A DNA stretch of 64,000 bases, taken from the human T2T-CHM13v2.0 reference genome, Homo sapiens. The stretch lies in the NCBI RefSeq assembly GCF_009914755.1, contig NC_060933.1; one strand, 5' to 3'. Both the position numbers and the translations under genes were made by a program. The notes beneath the pieces are model-generated. The model was given only the letters and a program-made list of their open reading frames with translations, did not search any database and was not told where the DNA came from. Below, piece by piece: positions 31,490-44,364 of the stretch. The number at the start of each line of letters is the position of its first letter. Position 1 is the stretch's first letter.

Positions 31490-34400
31490 CTATCTAGTAA
31501 TATTTCTTAGCTTAAAATCTATTTTGCCTGATACCAAGGTAGCTATTCTAGCTCTTATGATTACTGCTTGCATGATATCTGTTTTTTAATTTTCTTATTT
31601 TCAACCTATTTATGTCTGAATCTAAATTTTATCTTACAGACATATAGTTGGATCTTGCTTTTTATACAGTCTGAAAATGTTTGCCTTTTTATTGAGGTTT
31701 TTACTCCATTTACATCAAAGTATTATTGGTACAATTGGATGTCTGCATGCCATTTTTACAATTAGTTTTTCTGTGTCTTATATATTTTTTTCTCTGTTCC
31801 TTTCTTCCTGCTTTTGTATTAAACATCTATTTTTAGTGTAACATTTTAATTCCTCTCTTGATTTTAAGCATATTTTACTGGCTTATTTTCTTAGCAGTTA
31901 GTGTAACAATTAGAATGTCCATTGTAACTCATCACAATCTATTCTGGATTTATACTTATTTAATTCGGTAAAATACAGAAACTTTGTTTCGATATAATTC
32001 CATTTCCTTCCTTCCTCTTTCTCTTTTAAAATATATATATTTATACATATTTACTGCTTCATGAAGGATTTTCTTAAGTGATATTGACTTGTACATGTAT
32101 TTTCTGTTATAAACCCAACAGTACAGTATACAGTCAGGACCACATAGCAATTATAAATCTATACATACCTAACAAGAGCACTCTCAAATACATAAAGCAA
32201 AACCTGAAAGAATTAAAAGAACAAATAACAATTCAACAATATTTAAAGATTTCAATACCCCATTCTCAATAATTGACAGAAAATCTAAACAGAAAAGCAG
32301 TGAGGATATAAAAGACTTCAACAAACACATCAACCAACTGCCCTAACTGACATTTATAGAATACTGTAACCTACTACTATCAGAATACATGTTCTTCTCA
32401 AGCACATATGAAAAATTGTTCAAGATACATCATATGCTAATCCATAAAATAAATCCTAATAAATTAAAATAACTGAACTCATACAAAGTGTGTTTTCCAG
32501 CCACAAAGGAATTAAATTAGAAATCAACAGCAGAAACAAATTTGAGACATCTCCACATTCGGAAATTAGACAACATACTTCTAAACAATCCATGATCAAA
32601 CAACAGATCAAATGGGAAATTAAGATAGTTTTAATTGAATAAAAAAGAACACAGCATATCAAAATTTATGTGGTACAGCTAAAGTAGTACAGGGAGGGCA
32701 ATTTATAGCTTTAAAAATCTATATTAGAAAAAATAAAGGTTTCAACCAAATAACTTAAGCTTCCATCTCAAAAAGTAAACTCAAAGCAAGTAGAAAAAAA
32801 GAAATAGGGAGGAAATTAGAAATCATAGCACAAACAAAGGAAATGGAAAATGACAACAATAAAGAAAATCAAGATAAAAGTATGTATTTTAAACAGATTA
32901 ACAAAATTGACAAACCTTTAAGTACACTAACTAAACAAAACAAAAAAAGAAGATAGGTTTCCAAAATTAGGAATGAAAGAGAGGACATCACTACTGACAC
33001 TACAAAAATTGAAAGGATTTTAAGGGACTACTATGAACAACTTTATGTCAACATATTAGATAACGTGAATAAAAGAGACGAATTCCTAGAAAATACATAA
33101 ATTTCCAAAACAGGCTTAACAGGAAATACAAAAAATCTGAATAGATCTTCTCCACCCTGTGCTGGCCAGATGTCACACCCTACTCGGTGGTGGTGAGTGG
33201 GACGATGACAGTGGACTGGGCTGGGCAGGCAACCATCATGACACATGACACAATGTTTGCTCAAGGATTAAAGAGGAAATGCGTTGACTACAAGGAAGAC
33301 ATGAAAGGAGCCCTGATCAGTTTTGAGACTGTCCCTTTCTATAATCTTCAATGACAGTCACTTCTGGACATGTCCCTAGTTAAGCTACAGCTCTGCCACA
33401 TGCTGGTCCAGCCCAACCTCTGCCAGTGGGTCCTCATAACCAACACTGTCCTACAGATTCAAGAGAGATGACCCAGGATGGAAAATGGTGGATGGCGGTG
33501 CCCCAGGGTGAAGGGCAAGTGCTTCTAGACCACCTGGTCTCTGCAGAGATCCTGAGCCACTAAGTGGGAAGAGCTCCCTGAGCCACTAACTGGGAGCAGG
33601 AGGGGATGTACCCTGTTCCTGGCTTGGGAGACAGCTTGGGGAAACAGGGCCTAGTTTCTGAACTTTCCCTGGTCACCTCAGCACAGTAATCGAGGAACCC
33701 ACAGAGCAGCATCTAAGAAATGGATAGCCCTCAAGCAAATAGAGGAAGTTTTCAAAAATTGCTAGATAAGATATTTGAAAATCTGGAGAATAAAAACCCC
33801 AGTTCCATGGAAAAGCTTTTTTCAGATGTAGATAGTTCCTACTATGACCTGGTCACGGTGCAATGGGCATGGTGAGCAGCACCAATGAGGATGAAATAAT
33901 CCTAAAATTCATATGAAAATACAAAGGACCTAAGATAGGTAAAATAATTTTGAAAGAAAAGAACAAAGCTGGATGATTTATACTACCTGAACTCAAAACT
34001 TAATATAAAGCTACAGAGTGGTATTGCTATAACGATAAGAACAACAGAACATAATTCACATGCTAGAAATAAGCATTACATTACGATCAATTGATTATCA
34101 ATAAATTTGCCAAAACAATTCAATGGGGAAAGACAGTCTTTTCAGCCAATGATACTGACACAACCGGATTATCTATATGTAACGAAACAAAGAAAACTTA
34201 GACCCTCACTTCACAGTATACATAAAAATTAACTCAAAATGGATCACAGTAGATATAAATGTAAAACCTAAAACTATGAAACTTCTAGATAAAAACCTGC
34301 ATGACCTTGGGTTAAGCAAAGACCTCTTAGATAATATCAAAAGCATGATCACTTTTAAAAATGATAAATTGGAATTCATCAAAAATTTTGTGCTTCAAAG

Positions 34401-35290
34401 GATATCATTAAGAAAATGAAAAGACAAACCACAAACTAAAAGAAAATATTTGCAAATCATATATCTGATAAAGTCCTTGTATCCAGAACACATAATTCTT
34501 ATAATAATAAGTAAACAATTTAATAAGTGGGCAAAAATTTTGAATAGACAGTTTATCAGAGAAGATATCCAAATGGTTAATAAACATACACATAAAAATA
34601 CGTTCAACATCACTAGCCATTTGAGAATGTCAAATTAAAACCGCAATGAAATGCCACTACATATTAACTTGGATGGCTATAATAAAAAAGATAAGTTATT
34701 AGTGCAGATGTGGAAAACTGAAAAACTCATACATTTCTAGTAGTCAGGTAAAATGTGACATACACTTTTAAAACTAGTTAATAGTTTATTAAAAAATTAA
34801 ATATAAATTTACCATTCAATGCAGATTTCCACTCTTAGGTATCTACCCCAGATAAATAAAACATATGTCCACACATTTTTATGTAAATTCAAAGCAGTAT
34901 TACTCATAATAGCCAAAAACTGAAAGCAATCCACATGTTCATCAACTGACAAATGGATAAGCAAAATGTGGCATATTCATAAGACAGAGTTCTGTTCAAC
35001 AATAAAAAGGCATAGATTACGGACACATGGTACAACATAGATAAACCTCAAAAACACTACATTAAGTGAAAAGAGTCAGACATAAAAGACTACATAATGT
35101 ATGATTCCATTTATAGTAACTGCCTAGAAAAATCAAATCTATAAAAGCATATTAGTGGTTGCCAGAGTCCAAGGGGTCTTTCTAAGGTGATGGAAATGTT
35201 CTAAAACTGAATTTTGGTGAAGGTTGTACAACTATACATTTACTACAAAATATTCAATTGTGCACAATATAACAGGTGAATTTTAAGGCA
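31490..35290 (+). mobile_element. Old L1M (MC/MD-like) with 5' inverted segment, hosting the CDCA4 pseudogene
   Basis: 31490-32125 is L1 ORF1-end/endonuclease sequence in minus orientation; from ~32125 ORF2 and the 3' UTR run plus. Confidence 0.68.
33149..33885 (+). pseudogene. CDCA4P1: CDCA4 (SERTA-domain) processed pseudogene, 3'-truncated, inside an old L1
   Basis: ATG at 33253 reads MFAQGLKRKCVDYKEDMKGALISFETVPFYNLQ*QSLLDMSLVKLQLCHMLVQPNLCQWVLITNTVLQIQE, matching CDCA4 MFARGLKRKC...QRQSLLDMSLVKLQLCHMLVEPNLCRSVLIANTVRQIQE. In-frame TGA at 33352, later frameshifts, and a CpG-decayed GC-rich 5' UTR joined without an intron. The P1 number is from memory. Confidence 0.9.
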
Positions 35291-35920
35291 TGTAAGTAAC
35301 AAACAGGAAGAAAATATAAATACATCTGACAAAGGAATGGTATCCAGAATATATAACAAACTCTTTTGACTCAGTAAGAAGACAACCCAATTAAAAATGG
35401 TCAAAAGATTTGAAAGCACATCTCCATTGGCTGCAAATGCCATGAAGGAAAAAAAAGAAGACATCTCCAAAAGAAGAAAATACAAGATCAGTCAATATGC
35501 ACATAAAAGATGTTCAACATCATTAGCCATCAGGCAAATGTAAATTAAAATCACAACCAGATACACTAGAGTGGCTAAAACTTGAAAAGTCCCATAATAC
35601 CAAGTACTGGAAAAGACACGGAGCAACTGGAACACTCATACATTGCTGGTGGGAGTGTAAAATGGCATGATCATGAAAAATTTGGTAGTTTCTTATTAAA
35701 TCAAACATAAACCTACCATTCAACCCAGTAATTCTACTCTAAGGCATTTATCCAAGGGAAATGAAAACATGTCTTTACAAAGACTTGTATGTGAATGTTC
35801 ATGGCAGTTTCATTTATAGAACAAAATGGAAAGCAACCCAAATGTTTATAGTAAATGAATCGATAACAAATTGAAGATTGGTAATACAATGGAATTTGGC
35901 TCAGCAACAAAATGGAACAG
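35290..35920 (+). mobile_element. Old L1M 3' region (continues at 42383-42895)
   Basis: L1M 3' text breaks at ctcagcaacaaaatggaac and resumes at acatactcacaacatgaatgaatctcaaaa (42383). Confidence 0.7.
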
Positions 35921-35925
35921 CAGAA

Positions 35926-36405
35926 TGAGTATGACCCCCCGTGTCTTTTCACCTCATCCTTCAGTAGTGGTGGTAGCCACAGCATCACTCTTCAGTGGCA
36001 ACATGAGGCTGCGCCCCAAGCAAGCCGCTAGGTTGTTGGTATGAAGAGGTGGGGCTCAGTGCCCTGAAGGAGTGTGTGTAAGATGGGTATGGCTACCTGG
36101 AAATGGGTGGCATCCCTAGAAAACCTTCCACATACCTACATGCTGCTTGTGTGTGTTGTTGGCCACCTCTCCAAGAGCAGAGCAGTGAGAGTATTCACTG
36201 GTCCTGTAGGAAAAGCAGTGGGGACTGAGACCTGGTACCATCTCCTGGTCCTCCCTGCAGAGAAAAGATGAAAACTAGCAAGAGCTTGACTAACAAATGC
36301 CTGGATTCAGATAGGAAGACTTCCTTTGTCTATTGCTTCATTCCTGGAAATTGCACTGGAACTCTCTGATTAAGAAAAAGCAAATAATTCTGAAAGAAAA
36401 AAAAA
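35926..36405 (+). pseudogene. Unidentified retrocopy-like insert (~480 bp)
   Basis: Non-L1, relatively GC-rich segment interrupting an L1M 3' UTR. Ends in ATTAAG followed ~25 nt later by an A-run; degenerate flanks aacagcagaa/aacagagaa. Parent gene not recognised. Confidence 0.55.
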
Positions 36406-38404
36406 TAACAGAGAACAAAATATCCCAGAATTCCTAATAGAATAAATTACTGGCTGGTGGCTAGAGGTACGTGGCACTTGTCTCCTCCAGAAAGGGCCTA
36501 AACAGTGAGTAGAAGATCACACATTGAATACAGCATCTTAGAGAGAACATTGGAATTCAGCAGGGCAGTGTCAGAGAACTTCTGAGGCATGGAAGGAGAG
36601 AGAAGTGAAGCAGCCAGCATGGTTGGGATAGGCTCAAAGCCAGGAGAAACTTTCCAGTGCCGGGAAAAGGTAAGTGAGAGATCCCCCAGTACACTTTTCC
36701 ATTGTGAACTCCTGCAATCTTAGCCAAGGTAGAGCCCCTCAGCCCTCACAGGCCCTGAGACTAGTATAGGGAAATGCCTGAAGTCCATGCAACAGCATTG
36801 TTCCAGAGAGGGAGTTTGTTTTGGATGTGTCCCACACACCCCGAGACCCAAGCAACTATAGCATGGTGCCATTTGAGAGCTCAGCTCCCACCAGACTACA
36901 TTCTTCCCTAGGGCCCAACACCCTCTCTATCTCCACGTCCCTGGAGCCCTGCTGCCATTCCACCACATCCACCAAGAGGGCTGCAGCAGAACAATGCTGG
37001 CTGGACTCAGCAGTGTGGCTGGGTATCCAGCACTCTAGCCCAAGCAGTATCCTACATCCCAGGGAATGGACAGTGCAGTGGACCAGGGAGGCTGCTCTGG
37101 CACAAAGGGAGCTGAAGCACACACTCCTCAGAATCTGAGAGCGGCCTGCCTTGGGCCAATGCCACTGAGAACAACGCAGTCCCTTCCCTAGCAGCAGAGT
37201 CACCGCACACCTGCATGTGCTTTCAGGAGACCCAGGGACCAGCTTGCCCCAGTGCCACGCAGAGGCCTGAGGACAGGTCTGCCCCAGCCCTCACTGCTGG
37301 TACCTGCACATACCATCCGGGGGTCTGAGGTAAGGTCTGTCCCACCCACTGCTACTGCTGCCTCCATCCAAGTGCACCATCCAGGAGCCTGAGAACTGAT
37401 CTGCCCTACCTGCCACCACTGGCAGCCACACACAGCAACACGAGCCCTGACAACAGGCCTGCTCTGCTCACCACCACCAGCACCTGTGCCTACCTTCTGG
37501 GGGTCTAAAGACAGACCCACCCAGCCTACCAACACCCAGACACATCATCTGGGTACCTGAGAATTAACCCACTCTACCCACTACCATCAACATGCCCTCC
37601 CCCTCCACACAACTGAGGGGCCAGAGAACTTGCCTGCCCAGCTCACTGCCACCGCAACTGGTGCCCACACATGCTGCTTGGGGGCCTGAGAGTTGGCCTA
37701 CCACCACTACTGGCATTATCAAAGCCATGCATACTGACCAAAGGCCCAAGGGCCCACCGACCTCTCTGGCCCACTGCCTCCACAACCAGCCCAGAGCAAG
37801 CTGCCTGGAGGCTCAAGGATTAGTCCACCTAGACCTACTACTGCAGTGCCCATGTATGCTGCCCAAAGACCCAAGGGCCAACATACCTAGCCAACTGCCT
37901 CTACCACTGGTGACTGAGTACTAGCTCACCTGGTGTCCTCATCTCCAGCAAAGCCTCACCACAACTTTCACTAACAACCATAGCCTAAGCCACTGTGAAC
38001 TGACAGACACTACTGATGCTGATTACACCCATAGAAATAATACGACGACTATACTACTGTGCCCACTCAGAATCAAAACCAAATCACCCTACCCAACCAA
38101 CACTATAGATACATCTATAGGAAAAAGTATTTCCCTATGAAAGCCAATCCATAAAAAGGAAAAAGCAACTATTACATGAGATGTGCAGATATCAATGTAA
38201 GGACACAAGAAACATGAAAAAGCAAGGAAATGTGACATGTCCAAAAGAACACAATGATTCTCCATCAAAAGATTCCAACAAGAAAAAAATATCTATGAAA
38301 TGCCTGGAAAAAATGCAGAATGATATTTAAAAAGCTCAGTGAAATATAAGAGAACACAATACAAAAAATAGAAAAGCAATTCATGATCTGAATGAGAAAT
38401 ATAT

Positions 38405-38737
38405 TTTTTATTATTTATTTAATTAATGTATTTATTTATTTTTAAGACAGGGTCTCACTCTGTCACCCCAGCTGGAGTGCAGTGTGGCACAATCATGCCT
38501 CACACTGCAGCCTCAACCTCTCCCAGCACAGGTGATTCTCCCACTCCAGTCTCCCAAGTAGCTGGGACCACAAGCATGTGACATCCCAGGCCTAGCTAAA
38601 TTTTTTTTTGTTATTTTTGTAGAGACAGGGTTTCACCATGTCACCCAGGATGGTCTCGAACTCCTGAGCTCAAGCGATCCTCCTGCCTTGGCCTCCCAAA
38701 GTGCTAGGATTACAGATGTGAGCCACCTCACCCATCC
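38405..38737 (-). mobile_element. AluJ
   Basis: Reverse Alu with (TTTA)n tail; ctcctgagctcaagcgatcctcc is J-type. Confidence 0.9.
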
Positions 38738-38782
38738 CTGAGTGTGAAATTTAACGAAGAGATAAACATAAAAAAAGAACCT

Positions 38783-41700
38783 GATTCTCTCTTGCTGCCA
38801 CCATGTAAGAAGTGCCTTTATGGGGCTGGCAAGATGGCCGAATAGGAACAGCTTTGGTCTGCAGCTCCCAGTGAGATCAATGCAGAAGGCGGGTAATTTC
38901 TGCATTTCCAACTGAGGTACCCGGCTCATCTCATTGGGACTGGTTAGACAGTGGGTGCAGCCCACAGAGGATGAGCCAAAGCAGGGTGGGGCATTGCCTC
39001 ACTTGGGAAGCACAAGGGGTTGGAGAACTCCCTCTCTTAGCTAAGGGAAGCTGTGAGGGACTGTGCCATGAGGGACAATGCTATCCAGCCCAGACATTAC
39101 ACTTTTTTCATGGTCTTCACAACCTGCAGACCAGGAGATACCCTCAGGTGCCTACATCACCAGGGCCCTGGGTTTCAAGCACAGAAATGGATGGCTGTTT
39201 GGGCAGACACTGAGCTAGCTGCAGGAGTTTTTTTTTTTTCCCATACCCCAGTGGCGCCTGGAATGTCAGCAAGACAGAATTGTTCACTCCCCTGGAAAGG
39301 GGGCTGAAGCCAGGGTGCCAAGTGATATAGCTCAGTGAATCACACCCCCACAGAGCCCAGCAAGCTAAGATCCACTGGCTTGAAATTCTTGCCACCAGCA
39401 CAGCAGTCTGAAGTCAACCTGGGATGCTCAAGCTTAGTGGGGGGAGGGGCGTCCAGCATCACATCAAAAAGCTTATCCACCACAATCAAGTGGGCTTCAT
39501 CCCTGGGATGCAAGGCTGGTTCAATATATGCAAATCAATAAACATAATCCATCATATAAACAGAACCAATGACAGAAACCACATGATTACCTCAATAGAT
39601 GCAGAAAAGGCCTTAGATAAATTTCAATACCCCTTCATGCTAAAAACTCTCAATAAACTAGGTATTGATGGAACATATCTCAAAATAGTAAGAGCTATTT
39701 ATGACAAAACCACAGCCAATATCATGCTGAATGGGCAAAAGCTGGAAGCATTCCCTTTGAAAACTGGCACAAGACAAAGATGCCCTTTCTCACCACTCCT
39801 ATTCAACATAGTATTGGAAGTTCTAGCCAGGGCAATCAGGCAAGAGAAAGAAATAAAGGGTATTCAAATAGTAAGAGAGGAAGTCACATTGTCTCTGTTT
39901 GCAGATGACATGACTGTATATTTAGAAAACCCCATTGACTCAGCCCAACATCTCCTTAAGCTGATAAGCAACTTCAGCAAAGTCTCAGGATACAAAATCA
40001 ATGCGCAAAAGTCCCAAGTATTCCTACCCACCAATAGCAGACAGAGAACCAAATCATGCATGAACTCCCATTCACAACTGCTACAAAGAGAATAAAATAC
40101 CTAGGAATACAACTTACAAGGAATGTGAAGGAACTCTTCAAGGAGAACTATAAACCACTGCTCAAGGAAATCAGAGAGGACACAAACAAATGATAAAACA
40201 TTCCATGCTGATGGATAGGAAGAATCAATATGGTGAAAATGGCCATATTGCCCAAAGTAATTCATAGATTCAAGGTTATCCCCATCAAGTTACCATTGAC
40301 TTCACAGAACTAGAAAATACTACTTTAAATTTCACATGGAACAAAAAAAAAGAGCTGGTATAGTCAAGAGAATCCGAAGCAAAAAGAACAAGGCTGGAGG
40401 CATTATGCTACCTGACTTCAAACCATACTACAAGGCTACAGTAACCAAAACAGCATGGTACTGGTATGAAAACAGATATATAGACCAATGGAACAGAACA
40501 GAGGCCTCAGAAACAACGCCACACATCTACAACCATCTGTTCTTTGACAAATATGACAAAAACAAGCAATGGGGAAAGGATTCCCTTTTTAATAAATGGT
40601 GTTGGGAAAACTGCATGGCCATATGCAGAAAACTGAAACTGACCCCTTCCTTACACCTTATACAAAAAATTAACTCAAGATGGATTAAAGACTTACTGTA
40701 AGACCTAAAACCATAAAAACCCTAGAAGAAAACTGAGGCAATACCTTTCAGGACATAGGCATGGACAAAGACTTCATGACTAAAACACCAAAAGCAATGG
40801 CAACAAAAGCCAAAATTGACAAATGGGATCTAATCAAACTAAAAAACTTCTGCACAGCAAAAGAAACTATCATCAGGGTGAAAAGGCAACCTACAGAATG
40901 GGAGAAATTTTTTGCAATCTACCCATCTGACAAAGAGCTAATATCCACAATGTACAAGGAATTTAAACCAACTTACAAGAAAAAAACAACCCCATCAAAA
41001 AGTGTGCAAAGGATATGAACAGGCACTTCTCAAAAGAAGACATTTTGCAGCCAACAGACACATGAAAAAAAGGTCATCATCACTGGTCATTAGAGAAATG
41101 CAAATCAAAACAACAATGAGATACCATCTCATGCCAGTTAGAATGACAACCATTAAAAAGTCAGGAAACAACAGATGCTGGAGAGGATGTGGAAAAACAG
41201 GAACACTTTTACACTGCTGGTGGGAGTGTAAATTAGTTCAACAATTGTGCAAGACAGTGTGGCAATTCCTCAAGGATCTATAACCAGAATTACCATTTAA
41301 CCCAGCAATCCCATTAATGGGTATATACCCAAAGGATTATAAATCATTCTACTATAAAGACACATGTGCATGTATGTTTACTGCAGTACAATTCATAATA
41401 GCAAAAACTATGAACCAACCCAGTTGTGCATCAATGATAGACTGGATAAAGAAAATGTGGCACATATATATCATGGAATACTATGCAGCCATTAAAACGG
41501 ATGAGTTCATGTCCTTTGCAGGGACATGGATGAAGCTGGAAACCATCATTCTCAGCAAACGCTCACAGGAACAGAAAACCAAACACTACATGTTCTCACT
41601 CATAAGTGGGAGTTGAACAATGAAAATATATGGACACACGGAGGGGAACATCACACACCAGGGCCAGTCAGGAGGTGGGGGAGCTAGGGGAGGGATAGCA

Positions 41701-41830
41701 TTAGGAGAAATACCTAATGTAGGTGACGGGTTGATGGGTGCAGCAAACCACCATGGCAAGTGTATATCTATGTAACAAACCTGCATGTTCTACACATGCA
41801 TCCCAGAACTTAAAGTATAATAATAATAAT
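38783..41830 (+). mobile_element. L1PA (L1PA7-like) with intact 5' end, ~3 kb internal deletion and short 5' transduction
   Basis: 5' UTR starts ggggctggcaagatggccgaatagg (38822), jumps to ORF2 at ~39453, then RT, C-terminus, 3' UTR and (TAA)n tail. TSD aaaaagaacct ends at 38782 and 41841. Confidence 0.93.
38830..38839 (+). promoter_or_regulatory. YY1 site of the L1 internal promoter
   Basis: caagatggcc at the canonical position near the L1PA 5' end. Confidence 0.75.
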
Positions 41831-42450
41831 AAAAAGAACCTAACAGAAATATCGGAACTGAAGAATTCAATGAATGAAATAAAAAAATTCAATAGAGAGC
41901 TTCAACAATAGACTAGATCAAGCAGAAGAAAGAATTTCTCAACTTGAAGACAGGTCATTTGAAATAATTCAGTCAAATTTAAAAAATGAAGAAAGCCTAC
42001 AATGACACAAGGGACCTCATAAAGTGACAAAGTATTCGCATCTTGGGAGTTCCATGAGATGAGATGGCCAAAGGCACAGAAAACTTATTTAATGAAATAA
42101 TAGCTAAAAACTTCCCAAGTCTTGCCAGAGATACAGGCATCTAGATAGACAAAGTGCAGTGATTCCCAAGTATATTAAACCTGAACAGGTCTTTTCCAAT
42201 GCACACACCATATAGTCAAACTGTCAAATGCCAAAGCCAAAGGAAATAAATCTAAAAGCAGCAAGAGAAGAGCATCAAGTCACATATAAGGAAATCCCCA
42301 TCAGACAAACAGATTTGTCAGTAGAAAATTTATAGGTCAGAAAAAATGGGATGACATTTTTAAATTGCTGAAACGAAAAGAAACATACTCACAACATGAA
42401 TGAATCTCAAAAATATGCTGAGCAAAAGCCAGTGAAAAACAAAGGACAAA

Positions 42451-42627
42451 AGCCAGGCACAGTGAATTGCACTTATAATCCCAGCCACTCGGGAGGCTGA
42501 GGCAGAAGGCCTGCTTGAGCCCAGGTGTTCGAGGTTACAGTGAAGTTATGATCATGCCACTGCATTCCAGCAGCCTGGAAAACAGAGAGAGAGACTTCAT
42601 CTCAAAAAAAAAAAAAAAAAAAAAAAA
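42451..42627 (+). mobile_element. Monomeric Alu (FLAM/FRAM)
   Basis: Single Alu arm with a long A tail. Confidence 0.8.
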
Positions 42628-44364
42628 GGGAGAATTTCATTCATGCGAAATTCTGTAAAAGGCAAATCTAACTTACAGTCACAGAAAACAGGTCCGCGTT
42701 TCCTGGAGGGGTGGGAGTTGAGGGGGAGCAGTAAAGTGGCCTGAGGAAACTTTTTGGGTGATTGAATATTCCATATTTTGAATATGTTGATAGCTACATG
42801 GATATACATATTTCTAAAAACTCACTGAAATGTACTTAAAATGAATACATTTTGTTGTGTTTAAACTATCCCTCAATAAAGTGAACTTTAAAAATGGAAG
42901 ACAGAAAATAATGTATTAAACTCCAAATTATATTTTTAAAAGTATGATAGGAAATAAAAACATAAATTCTTATGTCAAATAGGAGGAGTTACCTCCTATT
43001 TGAGGTACCATTTCTTACATGAATATTACAATTAGAAATATATAGGTAAATCCTCCTGAAATTTTTAAGATAACCACTGGAAGAATTAAATGCATGCTAT
43101 ACTTCAAGGACACAAATGACACTGCAAATCAGATGTGAAAAAATGTGCTAAACAAAAAATTGTTGTGATATTTTTCCCCAGTGTGGTTTTTACTTCTATG
43201 AAGACCCAGTAACAAGCACAACCGTAACATGAAAGATTTGGATTCAACCACTTTTACATAAACGCAACCAAAGCTCGTTAATCTACCCTCATGTGATATA
43301 TAAATTACTGAGCTAATCTTGATTTGCTAGATAAATAAAATATGAAAATAAGATCTCAACAGGCAATACTTATTTTTATAAGGACTTTACAAATTTATCT
43401 ACCTGTGAAATATTTAGAAAAAGGGAATCGCTGCTCTTTATTAAGAAACAAATACAATCAAGTGGATCCTGAACTTTAGAGGGGTCGAACTCTAAGTATT
43501 CAGTAATGTGGTTTATCTCTGGCTACCTCATAAGAGCATAATTTTTTATTCATATTTATAGTCGTAGATGTTGACTCATCCCTTGATTTGCCTTAAGAAA
43601 ATATATCCTTCATGAATTATTGAGTTATTAGAGTCATGTTTTTATTCACTTTTTCTCTCGATATTTACAAAGACTTTTTCCAGAAAATTACATTAGATTC
43701 CTGGCAAATCGATTGGACTGACAAATGATGCAGGAAGCAGCAAAAATATGTATCAATAACAAATAGGAAAAACTCATTACATAGGGTTAGTGAGGATGTG
43801 GGGGAAGATGAAACAATATATATGTTGGTTGGAGTGTAAATTGGTTTGACTAAAGAGCAATTTGGGAAAGCTTTTACAGTTGAAGATGCACATACCTTAC
43901 CATTCCACTATTTCACTTCTCTTTGAACAAGTTAATAACAAAGGAAATAATCCACTTAGTGAATAATATATAAACTACAGTTTATTCAAATAATTGTTCT
44001 GTGGGATTTATAATGAATGGCCCAAATCTACATTAATAAAGATGTTTTGTTTAAAAAATGTGATGCTGATTAAAATTTACATAAATGTAAAATTTGAAAA
44101 TAGTATCATTTATGGATGCTACATACATCATAAAAGCACAAAAACATTCATGAAAATAATTCACACTGACTTTAGGATGGCGGCTACCTCTAGGGAGGAA
44201 AACTGCAGGTTGAGGACTTAGATGTATCTGTAACATTGCATGGTTTTAGAAAAAAAAGTGAGAAAACTGAAAAAAGCAAAACATTAGCATGTAATTAATC
44301 TTGGTATTTTTAATTACACAAATTTAGTAAACTCTCCAGTTATTATTTTTCATACTTCACATTA

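Larger units (their letters stand above)
36450..42380 (+). mobile_element. L1MA-type 5' UTR and ORF1 fragment, interrupted by AluJ and L1PA
   Basis: L1 5' end (ggctagaggtacgtggcacttgtctcctcc...), tandem GC-rich UTR units like those at 16600-17300, ORF1 start ~38200, resuming at 41842. Confidence 0.78.

Noticed and set aside
36074-36271. Weak resemblance of ATWKWVA..EN to the ANAPC11 N-terminus
   Set aside because: The RING cysteines and histidines do not follow; the match is too short to assign a parent.
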